Sequence record: OR455461.1
Length of the DNA stretch: 64,000 nt
Strand: one strand, 5' to 3'
Shown one piece after another: positions 38,186-48,495 of this stretch. Every line of letters starts with the position of its first letter. The stretch's first letter is position 1. The notes below the pieces were generated by a model that saw only the letters and a list, made by a program, of their open reading frames with translations, was not told the DNA's origin and did no database searches. Made by a program: the position numbers and the translations under genes.

Positions 38186-39448
38186 ATGAATTTGGAATCA
38201 TTGGAAGAATCATTAGATAAAGAATTTAATTTAACTAATGAAGAATTAGAACGTAAGGTAGATACTGATAAAGAAGAGCCTATTTGTGAGGATTGTGGTT
38301 CTAAAAATTTATCTCTTAACGAATCAAATCAATTAGTATGTGAAGATTGTGGTTCTGAGAACAGTAAAGTAGTCAAAGAAGAATTATTAACTGAAGGAAT
38401 TAGTGAATTCTTTGCTAAACATGATGTTAAGAAAATAACTAAAAAAGCAATTAAAAGAGGTGCTACTAAAGTTGTAGTTAAAGAAATTGCAGATTTAGAT
38501 ATGATTGAAAAACTTAAGAAAGATAGAAGAATCAAAAAGTTACTACCATTAATAGGTGTAGTTGGTATGGCAATAAATAAGAAAAGTCCAGCTCAGATCG
38601 TAGCAAATATCGCAATTATTGGGTTGGGTGCAGCACATAGTGAAATATCTTCTAAAACTGAAGCAGGTAAAGATAAAGGATTAACAATTACTTTCACTAA
38701 TGAGGAAAAAGAACTTGTTCAGTCAATTGTTTTTACAACCACTGGATTAGACTTTAATAAAGCTGATGTAAAGAAAACTATTAAATCTTATATTGATAAG
38801 AAAGATAAAGAATTAATTGTAGAAAATATGAATAAATTAAATGAGCTAGATGGTTTGATGGAAGATATTTATATTCAAGAAGGTAAAAAATTAGATAAAG
38901 CTAAAAAAGTGGCTAGAAAAATTTTTGTGGGATTAACTCCTGAAGAAATTAAAGAAAAATTTGCTATACGTGTAGCTAAAAAGAAATATAATATTGAAGT
39001 TAAAAAAGGCTATAAGATAAATTATTCTGACGCTAAATTGTTTACACATGCAACTACACGTAAGGATTCACATACTATAGATTACGAATTAAGTTTAGTA
39101 TTTTCTTTTACTAAACCTAATGGTAAGAAAAGTTTCTTGGATAGAAGCGTTTTCATTTATAATCGTTTCTCAACAATGCAAGAAGCTGTATCATTCCAAA
39201 ATAAACATGGAAAAGATTTATTAAAAATATTTAAAACAACTAAAGCAGATAAAAAACCTAAGAAATCTAAATCAGTTAATGAAGGCATGGAAGAATTAGG
39301 TATTAATGAAGATTTTGAAGACAAATTATTTGAATATTTAGAAGGCGTTACAGAGCAAATCTTATCTGAAGAAAATAAAGAAGAACAACAAACTAATGAA
39401 GATATTACATCTTTAGAAGAATCTTTAGATAAAGAATTCAGTTTATAA
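38186..39448 (+). CDS. Putative head-associated protein with zinc ribbon
   Basis: CEDCGS x2; begins and ends with SLEESLDKEF; late promoter at 38143. Confidence 0.55.
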   Translation: MNLESLEESLDKEFNLTNEELERKVDTDKEEPICEDCGSKNLSLNESNQLVCEDCGSENSKVVKEELLTEGISEFFAKHDVKKITKKAIKRGATKVVVKEIADLDMIEKLKKDRRIKKLLPLIGVVGMAINKKSPAQIVANIAIIGLGAAHSEISSKTEAGKDKGLTITFTNEEKELVQSIVFTTTGLDFNKADVKKTIKSYIDKKDKELIVENMNKLNELDGLMEDIYIQEGKKLDKAKKVARKIFVGLTPEEIKEKFAIRVAKKKYNIEVKKGYKINYSDAKLFTHATTRKDSHTIDYELSLVFSFTKPNGKKSFLDRSVFIYNRFSTMQEAVSFQNKHGKDLLKIFKTTKADKKPKKSKSVNEGMEELGINEDFEDKLFEYLEGVTEQILSEENKEEQQTNEDITSLEESLDKEFSL

Positions 39449-39453
39449 TATTT

Positions 39454-39485
39454 ATCCCAATACCTAAATTAATAGGTATTGGGAT
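39454..39485 (+). terminator. Terminator hairpin (dispersed family)
   Basis: ATCCCAATACCTA-AATTAA-TAGGTATTGGGAT. Confidence 0.8.
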
Positions 39486-39553
39486 TTTATTAAATTTCAA
39501 GTTAACATTAACATATCGTATAAATAATAATAATAAGAAAGTGAGGAAAATTA

Positions 39554-40822
39554 ATGGGTTATTTTATTAGTAATGATGATCTTCAACCGAAAGATATTGT
39601 AAATAGTTATGTATCTTCATATCTTTCAGGTACTGAAAAGTATAGTAAATTCCAAGCTGGAGCTCCTAGTTTTGTTACTTATTACAGTAAAGATCATGAG
39701 AACTCAACCTCAGATAGATCGTTAGATAATGTTGAAGAAATTATTGGTGATAATTCACCACTTAAATATAATAAATTAAAAGATTTTCCATTATATTCTG
39801 TTACTGAAATGACACCTGGTATGGAATGGGATGAAGAATGGGGAGTTGATAAAGATCTTGAAAGTGAAGCGGTTATATTACCAGGTACTATTGAACCTCT
39901 TCCAGATGATTTTATTGTATTTCAATATCAAACTAAAGAGAATTCAACTAGTAGAATATATCGTATAACTAATGTAGAAATTAGTTCTTTAGAAAATTCA
40001 TCATATTATAAAATAAGTTACCAGAATTTTAATGTAAATACAGATGATATAGAGAGACAAGTTACTAACACTTATAGAACTGTATTTTCTAATATTGGTA
40101 CAGATAATAAATCATTAATATTAGAAGAAGATTTCTATCAAGTTAATAATAGTATTAAATACTCCGATGAAATATCTGCATTAATTATTGATAATTTCTA
40201 TAATTCTTCACTAAATACATTCATTTATTATGAAGATGAAATTAGTGCAGTAGCAAATGTAAAATATATAGATTTAAATTTATCTAGATTTATATACGAT
40301 AATAATTTATTAGTAAAGTCTAGTACCTATTTATCAAACATAATGCCTTATAAAGATAAAAATCCTAAAAATGAAAGAATAAACCAAAAGAATTATAAAT
40401 ATTCTCTATATGAAAGATTGAAAGATAGAAAAGAATTACCTAATATAATAACTTTAAATGAAACTAAAGATAATTTTTTAAAGATGTTTAGAGAAAAATA
40501 TTTAGAGATTAACTTTATGAATAAAGCTCTTCATGATACAAAAATATTAAATGATATGAATGATTTCACTGAATTATCTAATATAAGTAAAATTAATAGA
40601 ATTAATGAAGATTATCAAGGTGTAAATAGTTTAACTGATCTTGATGAACGTTATAAATTAATTGTACTATATTTACAAAAAGATAATATTGATGAAAAAA
40701 TTCTTGATAAAATATTTAAGTATTACGATGATAAGTTTGAATTAGATATGGAAGATTATATATTATTACCATGTATATTATTTATTATAAAGAATAATAT
40801 TGAATCTAAATTTAAAAAATAA
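39554..40822 (+). CDS. Putative virion structural protein (neck/adaptor-like)
   Basis: 422 aa; PGTIEPLPDDFIVF..YRITNVE beta-rich segment; late promoter at 39504. Confidence 0.45.
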   Translation: MGYFISNDDLQPKDIVNSYVSSYLSGTEKYSKFQAGAPSFVTYYSKDHENSTSDRSLDNVEEIIGDNSPLKYNKLKDFPLYSVTEMTPGMEWDEEWGVDKDLESEAVILPGTIEPLPDDFIVFQYQTKENSTSRIYRITNVEISSLENSSYYKISYQNFNVNTDDIERQVTNTYRTVFSNIGTDNKSLILEEDFYQVNNSIKYSDEISALIIDNFYNSSLNTFIYYEDEISAVANVKYIDLNLSRFIYDNNLLVKSSTYLSNIMPYKDKNPKNERINQKNYKYSLYERLKDRKELPNIITLNETKDNFLKMFREKYLEINFMNKALHDTKILNDMNDFTELSNISKINRINEDYQGVNSLTDLDERYKLIVLYLQKDNIDEKILDKIFKYYDDKFELDMEDYILLPCILFIIKNNIESKFKK

Positions 40823-40880
40823 TATATTATAAATCAAAAGAATTAACTATAAAATACAGAAAATAAAGGAGAATTTTAAT

Positions 40881-42797
40881 ATGTCTAAAGAAATAAATAA
40901 AACAGATTTAAATGAAGAAGATATGTTTTTATATGAAGGAAATGATTTAGATAGTAATGATGAGGAATTAGAAAGAGATATTCCTGAAGATGAGGAAGAA
41001 ATTGAAGAAACTTTCAATAAATTAATCAATGAAGAAGAAATTGATGATAAAGAAACTGATGATCTTGATGAAATAGAAGATGCTGAAGAAGAAGATGATG
41101 TAAAAGTTATTGATTCTGATGATCCTGAATACGACAGTCCTATTATCTTAGATAAAGATGATGTAGTTGATGATGATACCGCAAATAATGATGTTCAAGA
41201 AAATCTTTTATTTAATGAAGATGATAAAGAAGATGAAGAAGAAACACAACCTGGTTATACTGAATTAAGAGCTAAATTCTTAGATTCTCAAATGGTAGTT
41301 CCTACTACTTTTGGTCCTCATTCAACTTATGGAGTTAATACATCTAGTGCAAGTACTTCAGCATCTTCTGTTAGTGATGGAGGAATGTCAACAGCTAACG
41401 GTACAGCTAGTGTTGGTGGAGCAGTTACTGAAACTTATTTATACAATAAAGATCCTAAACCTGAATTTACTTTTGTAGATTTAAAAAATGCTTTGTTAGA
41501 TACCGATGCCGAAGTAGGATATACAATAGGTACACCTGAATCTAGTGAAGTAAAAAATCAAAGTAAAAATATTGTTGCTAATGAAGCTTATGTAGATGAG
41601 GAAAATAAAGCATTTCCTTTTGTTAAAGTAAATGAAAATTACGATACTGCAATTGTAAAAGCTTTTAACGGTGAAGTTAAGAAAATTAATGAATCCATTT
41701 TAAATACTTTTAAATTAGAATCTAAAAGTAGAAAACAAATTTTTGTTACTAATGAATCAATTGAAACTATGCGTAGACTATTAAATGAAACTGGAAAAAT
41801 TAAAAATGGTCAACAAATTTGTGAAGATTGTGGCAGTAAACTTTCTCTTAATGAATCTAATGAATTAATCTGTGAAAGTTGTAGCAAAGATATAAATGAA
41901 GCAATTAAACAAGAAAAAGAAGTTGGAGAAGTTATCTGTAATGAGTGTGGTGTACAAGAAGAAGTTGACCCTAACGTTAATGAAGCTGAATTAGTTTGTG
42001 AAAATTGTGGTTCTGATGATGTTGAATTTAAAACTAAAGTTATTAATGAATTTGAAACTAATGAAGAATTTTCACCTAAAGATTTATTAAGATATGCAAC
42101 TACAATTTCCGAATCATTGGGTAAACGTGTAGATATAGTTGTGTCTAAAGAATCTTATTCACAAATTCCTTCTGTATATGATCCATCTTCTTTACTTGTA
42201 GATAAAGTTGACTTTGGTAAAGGATTTAAAAAAGTAATTGTTGTATCTCCTAAAGGAAATAAATTACTTAAAGAACTTTACACTAGTAATGAAATTAATT
42301 TTGATTCACTTAAAGAAGAATTCAATAATCAATTAATACAACGTGTTACTAATGAATCACTAAATGGAATTTTAGAAAACTTTTTAAATCCTTTAGATGA
42401 AGTTAATCATAGTGTAAAAGAAGAACTTAATAATAATGAAGTTGATCTAGAACAATTAGAAGAATCAATTAATAATGAAATGAAAAATAAAGATGAAGTA
42501 TTATATGAAGGTCATGAAGAGTCTTTAGAAGAATTTTATGAAGATATTGTTTTTGAAGCTTATGAAAATGTACCTAATATAGATGAAGAAAAATTCAAAA
42601 AAGCTTTAAGTGAAAATATCAATGATCTTAATGTTAATAAAGAAATTAAAGTTAGTGAATCATCATTAATTATCAATGGAAAAACTATTGATTTTGAAGA
42701 TAAAAATGAAAAAGAATTAAAAGAAATGCTAATGAATGAAGATAGATTAGAACAAAACCTATTAAACGAAAATATTTTTAAAATTATTAATGGTTAG
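40881..42797 (+). CDS. Acidic putative head protein/scaffold with two zinc ribbons
   Basis: Very acidic; CEDCGS..CESC and CNEC..CENC; many xNES motifs. Confidence 0.5.
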   Translation: MSKEINKTDLNEEDMFLYEGNDLDSNDEELERDIPEDEEEIEETFNKLINEEEIDDKETDDLDEIEDAEEEDDVKVIDSDDPEYDSPIILDKDDVVDDDTANNDVQENLLFNEDDKEDEEETQPGYTELRAKFLDSQMVVPTTFGPHSTYGVNTSSASTSASSVSDGGMSTANGTASVGGAVTETYLYNKDPKPEFTFVDLKNALLDTDAEVGYTIGTPESSEVKNQSKNIVANEAYVDEENKAFPFVKVNENYDTAIVKAFNGEVKKINESILNTFKLESKSRKQIFVTNESIETMRRLLNETGKIKNGQQICEDCGSKLSLNESNELICESCSKDINEAIKQEKEVGEVICNECGVQEEVDPNVNEAELVCENCGSDDVEFKTKVINEFETNEEFSPKDLLRYATTISESLGKRVDIVVSKESYSQIPSVYDPSSLLVDKVDFGKGFKKVIVVSPKGNKLLKELYTSNEINFDSLKEEFNNQLIQRVTNESLNGILENFLNPLDEVNHSVKEELNNNEVDLEQLEESINNEMKNKDEVLYEGHEESLEEFYEDIVFEAYENVPNIDEEKFKKALSENINDLNVNKEIKVSESSLIINGKTIDFEDKNEKELKEMLMNEDRLEQNLLNENIFKIING

Positions 42798-42966
42798 AAT
42801 TTTATAACATTATTATATAATATTAATTATTTTTCGCTGTTTTAAATAAAACCCTAATACATTACTAAACGATGAGCCAATTTAAAAATAAGAAACTCTC
42901 ATCAGTTTAAAAAATGTATTAGGGGGTTTTATTTGAAAAAATTAAACAGAAAGTAGGAGAAAACTT

Positions 42967-44121
42967 TTGAATAACGAAGATGGTAAAGTTTTAATAACGG
43001 TTCCCCATAGAACATATATACCTAATAAAGGGATGGGTCCAATAAATAAACCCTTTTATGTTAATAAAGATATTTTAAAATTGTATGACTTAATGAATAT
43101 ACAATATAAGAGAATAACTGAGTATGATTATGTAGATATAAATGAAGATGGAAAATATGAAGTTGAAGAAATTAAATCAGTAGAAGATTATATTGAAATG
43201 AAGTACTTACAGGTTAATGAAATACTTAAACAGATAAAAATTATATCTAATGACAGTGAAAAGATTAATAACGAAATGGAAGACAAATTTAAAAAAGTTA
43301 AAGAAAATTTAATCGATACTGACAATCTTAATGAATATTTAAGTGACCTTGATAAATTTAAATATAATATAGAAGATAAAAAATTAGATCTTCAATCTGA
43401 AAAAGAAGATGTTATTTCAACAATAGAAGATATGAATAATAAATTGAGTAATATGAAAGATACTTTATCAGATTTTGAAAAAGTAAGAGAACAGTTCAAT
43501 AGTAATTATAATAATACAATGAGTCTTAATGATGAAATGCAGAATCTAAGTGAAACTGCAAATTATATTAAGAATATGGAAAATGATGTAGTTAAGGTTG
43601 AAGAAAAATTAAATCTTATAAAAAATAAATCTGAAGAACTAAAATCTTCACAAGATTCATTTAATAATAAAATAGATGATTTTGAAAATAAATTATTAGA
43701 TTATAAAGAAAATCTTAAAAATTATATGATAGAAAATGCTGAAAAGTATAAAGGTGATCCAGGTATGCAAGGTCCAAGAGGTGAACCTTTCAAATATTCC
43801 GATTTTACTCAAGAGCAATTAGCTGAGTTAAAAGGAGATAAATTCACATACGAAGATTTTACTCAAGATCAATTAGACTTATTAAAAGGTGAAAAAGGTG
43901 ATAAATTAACTTTTAGTGATTTAACTACTGAAGATAAAAAAGAACTAAAAGGTGATAAAGGGGATAAATTAACTTTTAATGATCTGTCTAGTGAAGATAA
44001 AGAAGAATTAAAAGGTGAACAAGGAGATAAGGGTGATTCAGCTCCTCCTAAAGTATTCACTAGAGATGAGTATGATACTTTAGAAGAAAAAGATCCTAAT
44101 ACGCTTTACTTTATTATATAG
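42967..44121 (+). CDS. Tail fibre/whisker-like protein (coiled coil plus collagen-like G-X-Y repeats)
   Basis: Long coiled coil, GDPGMQGPRGEP and repeated KGDKGD units, C-terminal EYDTLEEKDPNTLYFI motif. Confidence 0.65.
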   Translation: MNNEDGKVLITVPHRTYIPNKGMGPINKPFYVNKDILKLYDLMNIQYKRITEYDYVDINEDGKYEVEEIKSVEDYIEMKYLQVNEILKQIKIISNDSEKINNEMEDKFKKVKENLIDTDNLNEYLSDLDKFKYNIEDKKLDLQSEKEDVISTIEDMNNKLSNMKDTLSDFEKVREQFNSNYNNTMSLNDEMQNLSETANYIKNMENDVVKVEEKLNLIKNKSEELKSSQDSFNNKIDDFENKLLDYKENLKNYMIENAEKYKGDPGMQGPRGEPFKYSDFTQEQLAELKGDKFTYEDFTQDQLDLLKGEKGDKLTFSDLTTEDKKELKGDKGDKLTFNDLSSEDKEELKGEQGDKGDSAPPKVFTRDEYDTLEEKDPNTLYFII

Positions 44122-44126
44122 AAAGG

Positions 44127-44957
44127 ATGATTGAAATGTTAAATATAGGAAGTCTTAAATCATCTTTTCTATATAAAGGTGATAATTTAATTTATCCCAA
44201 TCCTATTAAAGATGGTTTAATACTATGGTATGATTTTGCAGGAATGAAAAATGATAGTGTTAATAAAAATATTACAAAAGATTTAACAAAGAATACAAAT
44301 GAAAGTGCTAAACACTTTAATTTTTTATACAATTCTCAAAGTGGATATAATAAAGGAATAAAGTTTGATGGTATTGATGATAGAATTATTCCAATAGCGA
44401 AACATGTAGATGATGGTACAACAGGTCAATTGGATATGAAAAAAATAAATAATGGACAACTTTTCTCCGTTGAAATGACAATAAAGATGTCTGACACGCT
44501 TATAGAACAAGGCTCAGAAATATTTATGACTAGTAAGACATACGGTAGATTTTGGTTACAATTTTTGAAAGATAATAACCACACTGAATCCGATGAGTTT
44601 GTTATATCCACTTCAACATATTATGGAAATGAAGGCGGAAGAAGTACTTACGTATTTAGTAAAGAAGAATCATATAAATATGGAGATGAATTTCATTTAA
44701 CTGCTACATTAGATAAAAATGATAAAATCATATTATATGTAAATGGAATAAAAAAAGACGAAAAACCTTTAGACGATATCAAAATTACAACTCCTCAAGA
44801 ACAAGACTTCTTAGTCTATATGGGTCAAGGAGATTCAAGTGCGTATTATCGTAGATTTGACCATGAACTATACTCAATGAAAATATACGACAGAGTTCTT
44901 ACTGAAGAAGAAATCCAATATAATTATCAATTAGAAAAAGAAAGATGGGAGTTATAA
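44127..44957 (+). CDS. LamG/concanavalin A-like domain protein (receptor-binding candidate)
   Basis: YPNPIKDGLILWYDF N-terminus and IYDRVLTEEEI C-terminal LamG motif. Confidence 0.7.
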   Translation: MIEMLNIGSLKSSFLYKGDNLIYPNPIKDGLILWYDFAGMKNDSVNKNITKDLTKNTNESAKHFNFLYNSQSGYNKGIKFDGIDDRIIPIAKHVDDGTTGQLDMKKINNGQLFSVEMTIKMSDTLIEQGSEIFMTSKTYGRFWLQFLKDNNHTESDEFVISTSTYYGNEGGRSTYVFSKEESYKYGDEFHLTATLDKNDKIILYVNGIKKDEKPLDDIKITTPQEQDFLVYMGQGDSSAYYRRFDHELYSMKIYDRVLTEEEIQYNYQLEKERWEL

Positions 44958-45688
44958 TTATGAGTATAATTAAATTAGGCAATGATCCCATATCTTTTGT
45001 TTATCAAGGTAATGAGTTGTTATATCCTAATCCAGTTAAAGACGGTTTATTATTATGGTATGATTTTAAAGGTATAAAGAATGACATGAATAAAGATGTT
45101 GCTATAGATTTAAGTGGAAACGAGAACAATGGGACTTTACAAAATTTTGCTTATACAAGCGATAGTGGATATGATGACGGATTGAAATTTGACAATATCG
45201 ATGATAGATTGGTTACAAATACTAATATTGAGTCTAATTCATTTACTTTATCTATGACTATTGATATAAAAAATCAAAAAGATATAAATTTTTTATTTGG
45301 TGGCAATATTTCTGCGTTTTATATGAGAAAAAATTACAATGATTTACACGCTTCTATTTTTACTGACAAACAAGTAACTTCTTCATCCGGAAATAAATTC
45401 TTCTATAATCTATTTAATGAAGGTAAATCAAAATGTCAGGTTATATTAAAAGTCGATGACGATAATAAGACACTTTCAATATTAGGTAATGGAATATTGC
45501 TTGATGAAAGAATATTTGAAGGTATAATAAATAAATGGAGGGTAACTAGTTTGGGAGCATGGTCATCATCATCTAATAATGACAATCTCAATGGTAAACT
45601 TTTATCATCCCATCTTTACAATAGAGCATTATCTCTAGAAGAAATAAAACATAACTTTGAGTTAGAAAAAGAAAGGTGGAACTTGTAA
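44945..45688 (+). CDS. LamG/concanavalin A-like domain protein, paralog of the previous gene
   Basis: YPNPVKDGLLLWYDF...LYNRALSLEEI...LEKERW; likely ATG start at 44960. Confidence 0.7.
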   Translation: MGVIIMSIIKLGNDPISFVYQGNELLYPNPVKDGLLLWYDFKGIKNDMNKDVAIDLSGNENNGTLQNFAYTSDSGYDDGLKFDNIDDRLVTNTNIESNSFTLSMTIDIKNQKDINFLFGGNISAFYMRKNYNDLHASIFTDKQVTSSSGNKFFYNLFNEGKSKCQVILKVDDDNKTLSILGNGILLDERIFEGIINKWRVTSLGAWSSSSNNDNLNGKLLSSHLYNRALSLEEIKHNFELEKERWNL

Positions 45689-45909
45689 TGAAGTTTGTAA
45701 TTGCAGATGTGGAATTTTTTGAAAGATTGGGTTATAGCACTAAATATTGGAGAAAATCTGTAGACGGAAATAAAACTATATGTCATCTAGAATATGCAGA
45801 AATTTTAGATAACGGTATTCAAGAAGAAGAAGATGTTTTAGTCGTTGATGCAACTGAAGCTCAAGATATTATGAATACGGAAGAATGGTCTAGTAAAGAA
45901 GAAGAATAA
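45676..45909 (+). CDS. Small tail-fibre-module protein
   Basis: TAATG stop/start overlap at 45686-45690 suggests the true start is 45688. Confidence 0.6.
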   Translation: MELVMKFVIADVEFFERLGYSTKYWRKSVDGNKTICHLEYAEILDNGIQEEEDVLVVDATEAQDIMNTEEWSSKEEE

Positions 45910-45950
45910 GAACAAGTAAATATAATAAAAATAAATGGAGGAAATTTTTT

Positions 45951-46913
45951 ATGGCTAAAAAACATATCGGTACATGGAACGGTGTTCCTGTTTATACTGA
46001 TTTTTTACCAATAGGTACACGTAGAGCTGGAGATAAGCTTAACGGACCTAAATTTATTGTTGCTCATGACACAGGAAACCCTAACACTACTGCTCAAAAT
46101 AATGTCGATTACTATCGTAATTCATATAATATCGACTGGAACTATACTGCTTCAGCACATATTTTTGTTGATGATAAAGAATGTATTATCTGTGTTCCTT
46201 TAGATGAAAAAGCATGGCATGTTATGTATAATACACCAACTGACAATGCTTGGTATGGAGCAGATGCAAACGATGCAGCTATTGGTGTTGAAGGATGTTA
46301 CTTCTCTAATAGAAGTCGTTCATTAAAATCATTTGATAACTATTGTCGTATTCTTGCTTTCTTATGTAAAGAATATAAAATTAATGCAAGCACAAATATG
46401 CCTGGTCACCAAGATATTCAGGCAGATAAACAAGATCCAGGTAACTTATTAGCTGCATGCGGTATGTCTCGTAGTGTTTCTAATGTAGATAAAAAAGTTC
46501 TAGCTTATATGAAAACTGGTGCTACTTCTACAGCTAAAACTTCAACAGCAACTAAAGTTGCTACTAAAGAAGAAGTTGCTAAGAAAGCTCCAGCTAAACC
46601 AGCTAAAACTTCAACTGCAACTTCTAAAACTTGGAAACGTAATTCTGCAGGTATTCTATGGAAAACTGAAAAAGCTACATTTAAATGTGGTGTTGCAGTA
46701 GGTATTAAAACACGTAAAGGTGGTCCATGGACTGGATGGCCGCAAGGTCCATTTATGGCTAAAGGAGATACTATTAAATATGATGAAATTCAAGATTTTG
46801 ATGGATATATTTGGGTATCAGGTAACTTTAAAGGCCAATACGTTTATGTACCGGTTGGTAAATCAACAGGAAATGGTAAACGTGTAGGTCCAGCATGGGG
46901 TACATTTAGTTAA
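45951..46913 (+). CDS. N-acetylmuramoyl-L-alanine amidase (Amidase_2) with C-terminal SH3b
   Basis: VAHDTGN, ASAHIFVD, AWH, IGVE, GHQD zinc-amidase motifs; SH3b with IKYDEIQDFDGYIWV. Confidence 0.9.
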   Translation: MAKKHIGTWNGVPVYTDFLPIGTRRAGDKLNGPKFIVAHDTGNPNTTAQNNVDYYRNSYNIDWNYTASAHIFVDDKECIICVPLDEKAWHVMYNTPTDNAWYGADANDAAIGVEGCYFSNRSRSLKSFDNYCRILAFLCKEYKINASTNMPGHQDIQADKQDPGNLLAACGMSRSVSNVDKKVLAYMKTGATSTAKTSTATKVATKEEVAKKAPAKPAKTSTATSKTWKRNSAGILWKTEKATFKCGVAVGIKTRKGGPWTGWPQGPFMAKGDTIKYDEIQDFDGYIWVSGNFKGQYVYVPVGKSTGNGKRVGPAWGTFS

Positions 46914-46928
46914 TTCATTAATTTAATT

Positions 46929-46957
46929 GTCCTAACGTTCATATAGAGCGTTAGGAC
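46929..46957 (+). terminator. Intrinsic terminator
   Basis: GTCCTAACG/CGTTAGGAC stem plus T-rich tail. Confidence 0.75.
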
Positions 46958-47028
46958 TTATTTCTTTAATAGAAGAACAGGTTATTATAAATATATAAAA
47001 TGGAATAAAGAAAGGATTTGAATTCTAT

Positions 47029-47826
47029 ATGAAAACAAAAACTCAAGCTCTTGATTGGGTTAATAATCGTATTGGTCGCAGACTAGACTTTGATGGTTGG
47101 TATGGAGCTCAGTGTATGGATTTAACTATAGGTTACTGTGATTATATTTCAGGAGGTTCATTCCGTCCTTGGGGTAATGCAATTAATCTTAAAGACAATA
47201 CAATGCCAGCTGGATGGGAATTAATTAAAAATACTACATCATTCCTACCTCAACCTGGTGATATTGCTATTTGGGCTTATGCACCTTACGATGTTTATGG
47301 TCATACAGGTATTATTACTTCAGCTAACTTAAATAATTTCTATTCAATTGATCAGAACTGGTTTAACGCAGGAAGTAATGGTTCACCTGCTGCTAAAGTA
47401 TTTCATGATTATACAGGTTTCTGGGGAGTAATTCGTCCAGCTTTTGGTAGTACAACTACTAAGAAAGCAGTTACTAAGGAAGTCGCTACTAAGAAAGCAG
47501 TTGTTAAGAAAGCAACTCCTAAGAAAGCAACTACAACAGCTACTTGGAAACGTAACTCTGCAGGCATTCTATGGAAAACTGAAAAAGCTACATTTAAATG
47601 TAATGTATCTTCAGGAATCATTACACGTAAAAATGGTCCATGGACTGGATGGGCTCAAGGTCCATTTATGAAGAAAGGCGATAGTATTAAATATGACGAA
47701 ATTCAAGATTTTGATGGTCATGTTTGGGTATCAGGTAAATTTAAAGGACAATATGTATACGTGCCAATTGGTAAATCAAATGGTAAAGGACAACGTATTG
47801 GTGCCGCATGGGGTACATTTAGTTAA
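47029..47826 (+). CDS. CHAP-domain endolysin with C-terminal SH3b
   Basis: DFDGWYGAQCMDL, WGNA, PQPGDI, YGHTGI, IDQNW CHAP motifs; SH3b nearly identical to that of the amidase. Confidence 0.92.
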   Translation: MKTKTQALDWVNNRIGRRLDFDGWYGAQCMDLTIGYCDYISGGSFRPWGNAINLKDNTMPAGWELIKNTTSFLPQPGDIAIWAYAPYDVYGHTGIITSANLNNFYSIDQNWFNAGSNGSPAAKVFHDYTGFWGVIRPAFGSTTTKKAVTKEVATKKAVVKKATPKKATTTATWKRNSAGILWKTEKATFKCNVSSGIITRKNGPWTGWAQGPFMKKGDSIKYDEIQDFDGHVWVSGKFKGQYVYVPIGKSNGKGQRIGAAWGTFS

Positions 47827-47911
47827 TTAAGTTTTTAAAGGGATTTTTATAAAATCCCTTTCTAACTTTTTTATATAATAAAATAATAAAGATGAAAGGA
47901 AAGAAAATTAT

Positions 47912-48475
47912 ATGTTAAAATTTAATGAAGATAATAATTTCATTATTATTAATGAAAAAGCATTTGTACCTGGTAAAGGTAAAGGTCCTTTTGTTAAACC
48001 ATTTATAGCTACAGGATCTCAAATTCGTTTATATAGACGTTTAGGTTTACAAGTAACAGTAGTAGATGAAGATTATGAATATCCTAGTGATAAAGATAAT
48101 AAAAAAGAAGAAAAAGCTGAAAAGAATGAAAAAGTCAGTGTTGAAAAAAGTAATGATACAACAACTGAAACAAAGAAAGATGAGAAAAGTGACTCTTCAG
48201 AAAGCAAAGAAGAGAGCGAAGTTTCTGAAGAAAGTAATGAAGAACAGTCAGTTGATGACAAAGTAGATGAACCTCAAGAAGATTCTAATGAAGAAAAAGA
48301 ATCTGATAAAGTTGAAGAAGATAGTTCTGAAGAAGAATCAGAAATTAGTGAAGAAGATTTAAATGAATTCACTGTAGCTGAACTTAAAGAAGAATTAGAT
48401 TCAAAAGGCGTTGAATATCCAAATAATGCACGTAAAAAAGATTTAATTGAATTATTAAAAGAAAACTCAAAATAA
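47912..48475 (+). CDS. Acidic protein with C-terminal HeH/LEM-like domain
   Basis: FTVAELKEELDSKGVEYPNNARKKDLIELL. Confidence 0.6.
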   Translation: MLKFNEDNNFIIINEKAFVPGKGKGPFVKPFIATGSQIRLYRRLGLQVTVVDEDYEYPSDKDNKKEEKAEKNEKVSVEKSNDTTTETKKDEKSDSSESKEESEVSEESNEEQSVDDKVDEPQEDSNEEKESDKVEEDSSEEESEISEEDLNEFTVAELKEELDSKGVEYPNNARKKDLIELLKENSK

Positions 48476-48495
48476 GAAAGGAAGTTTAACTGATA

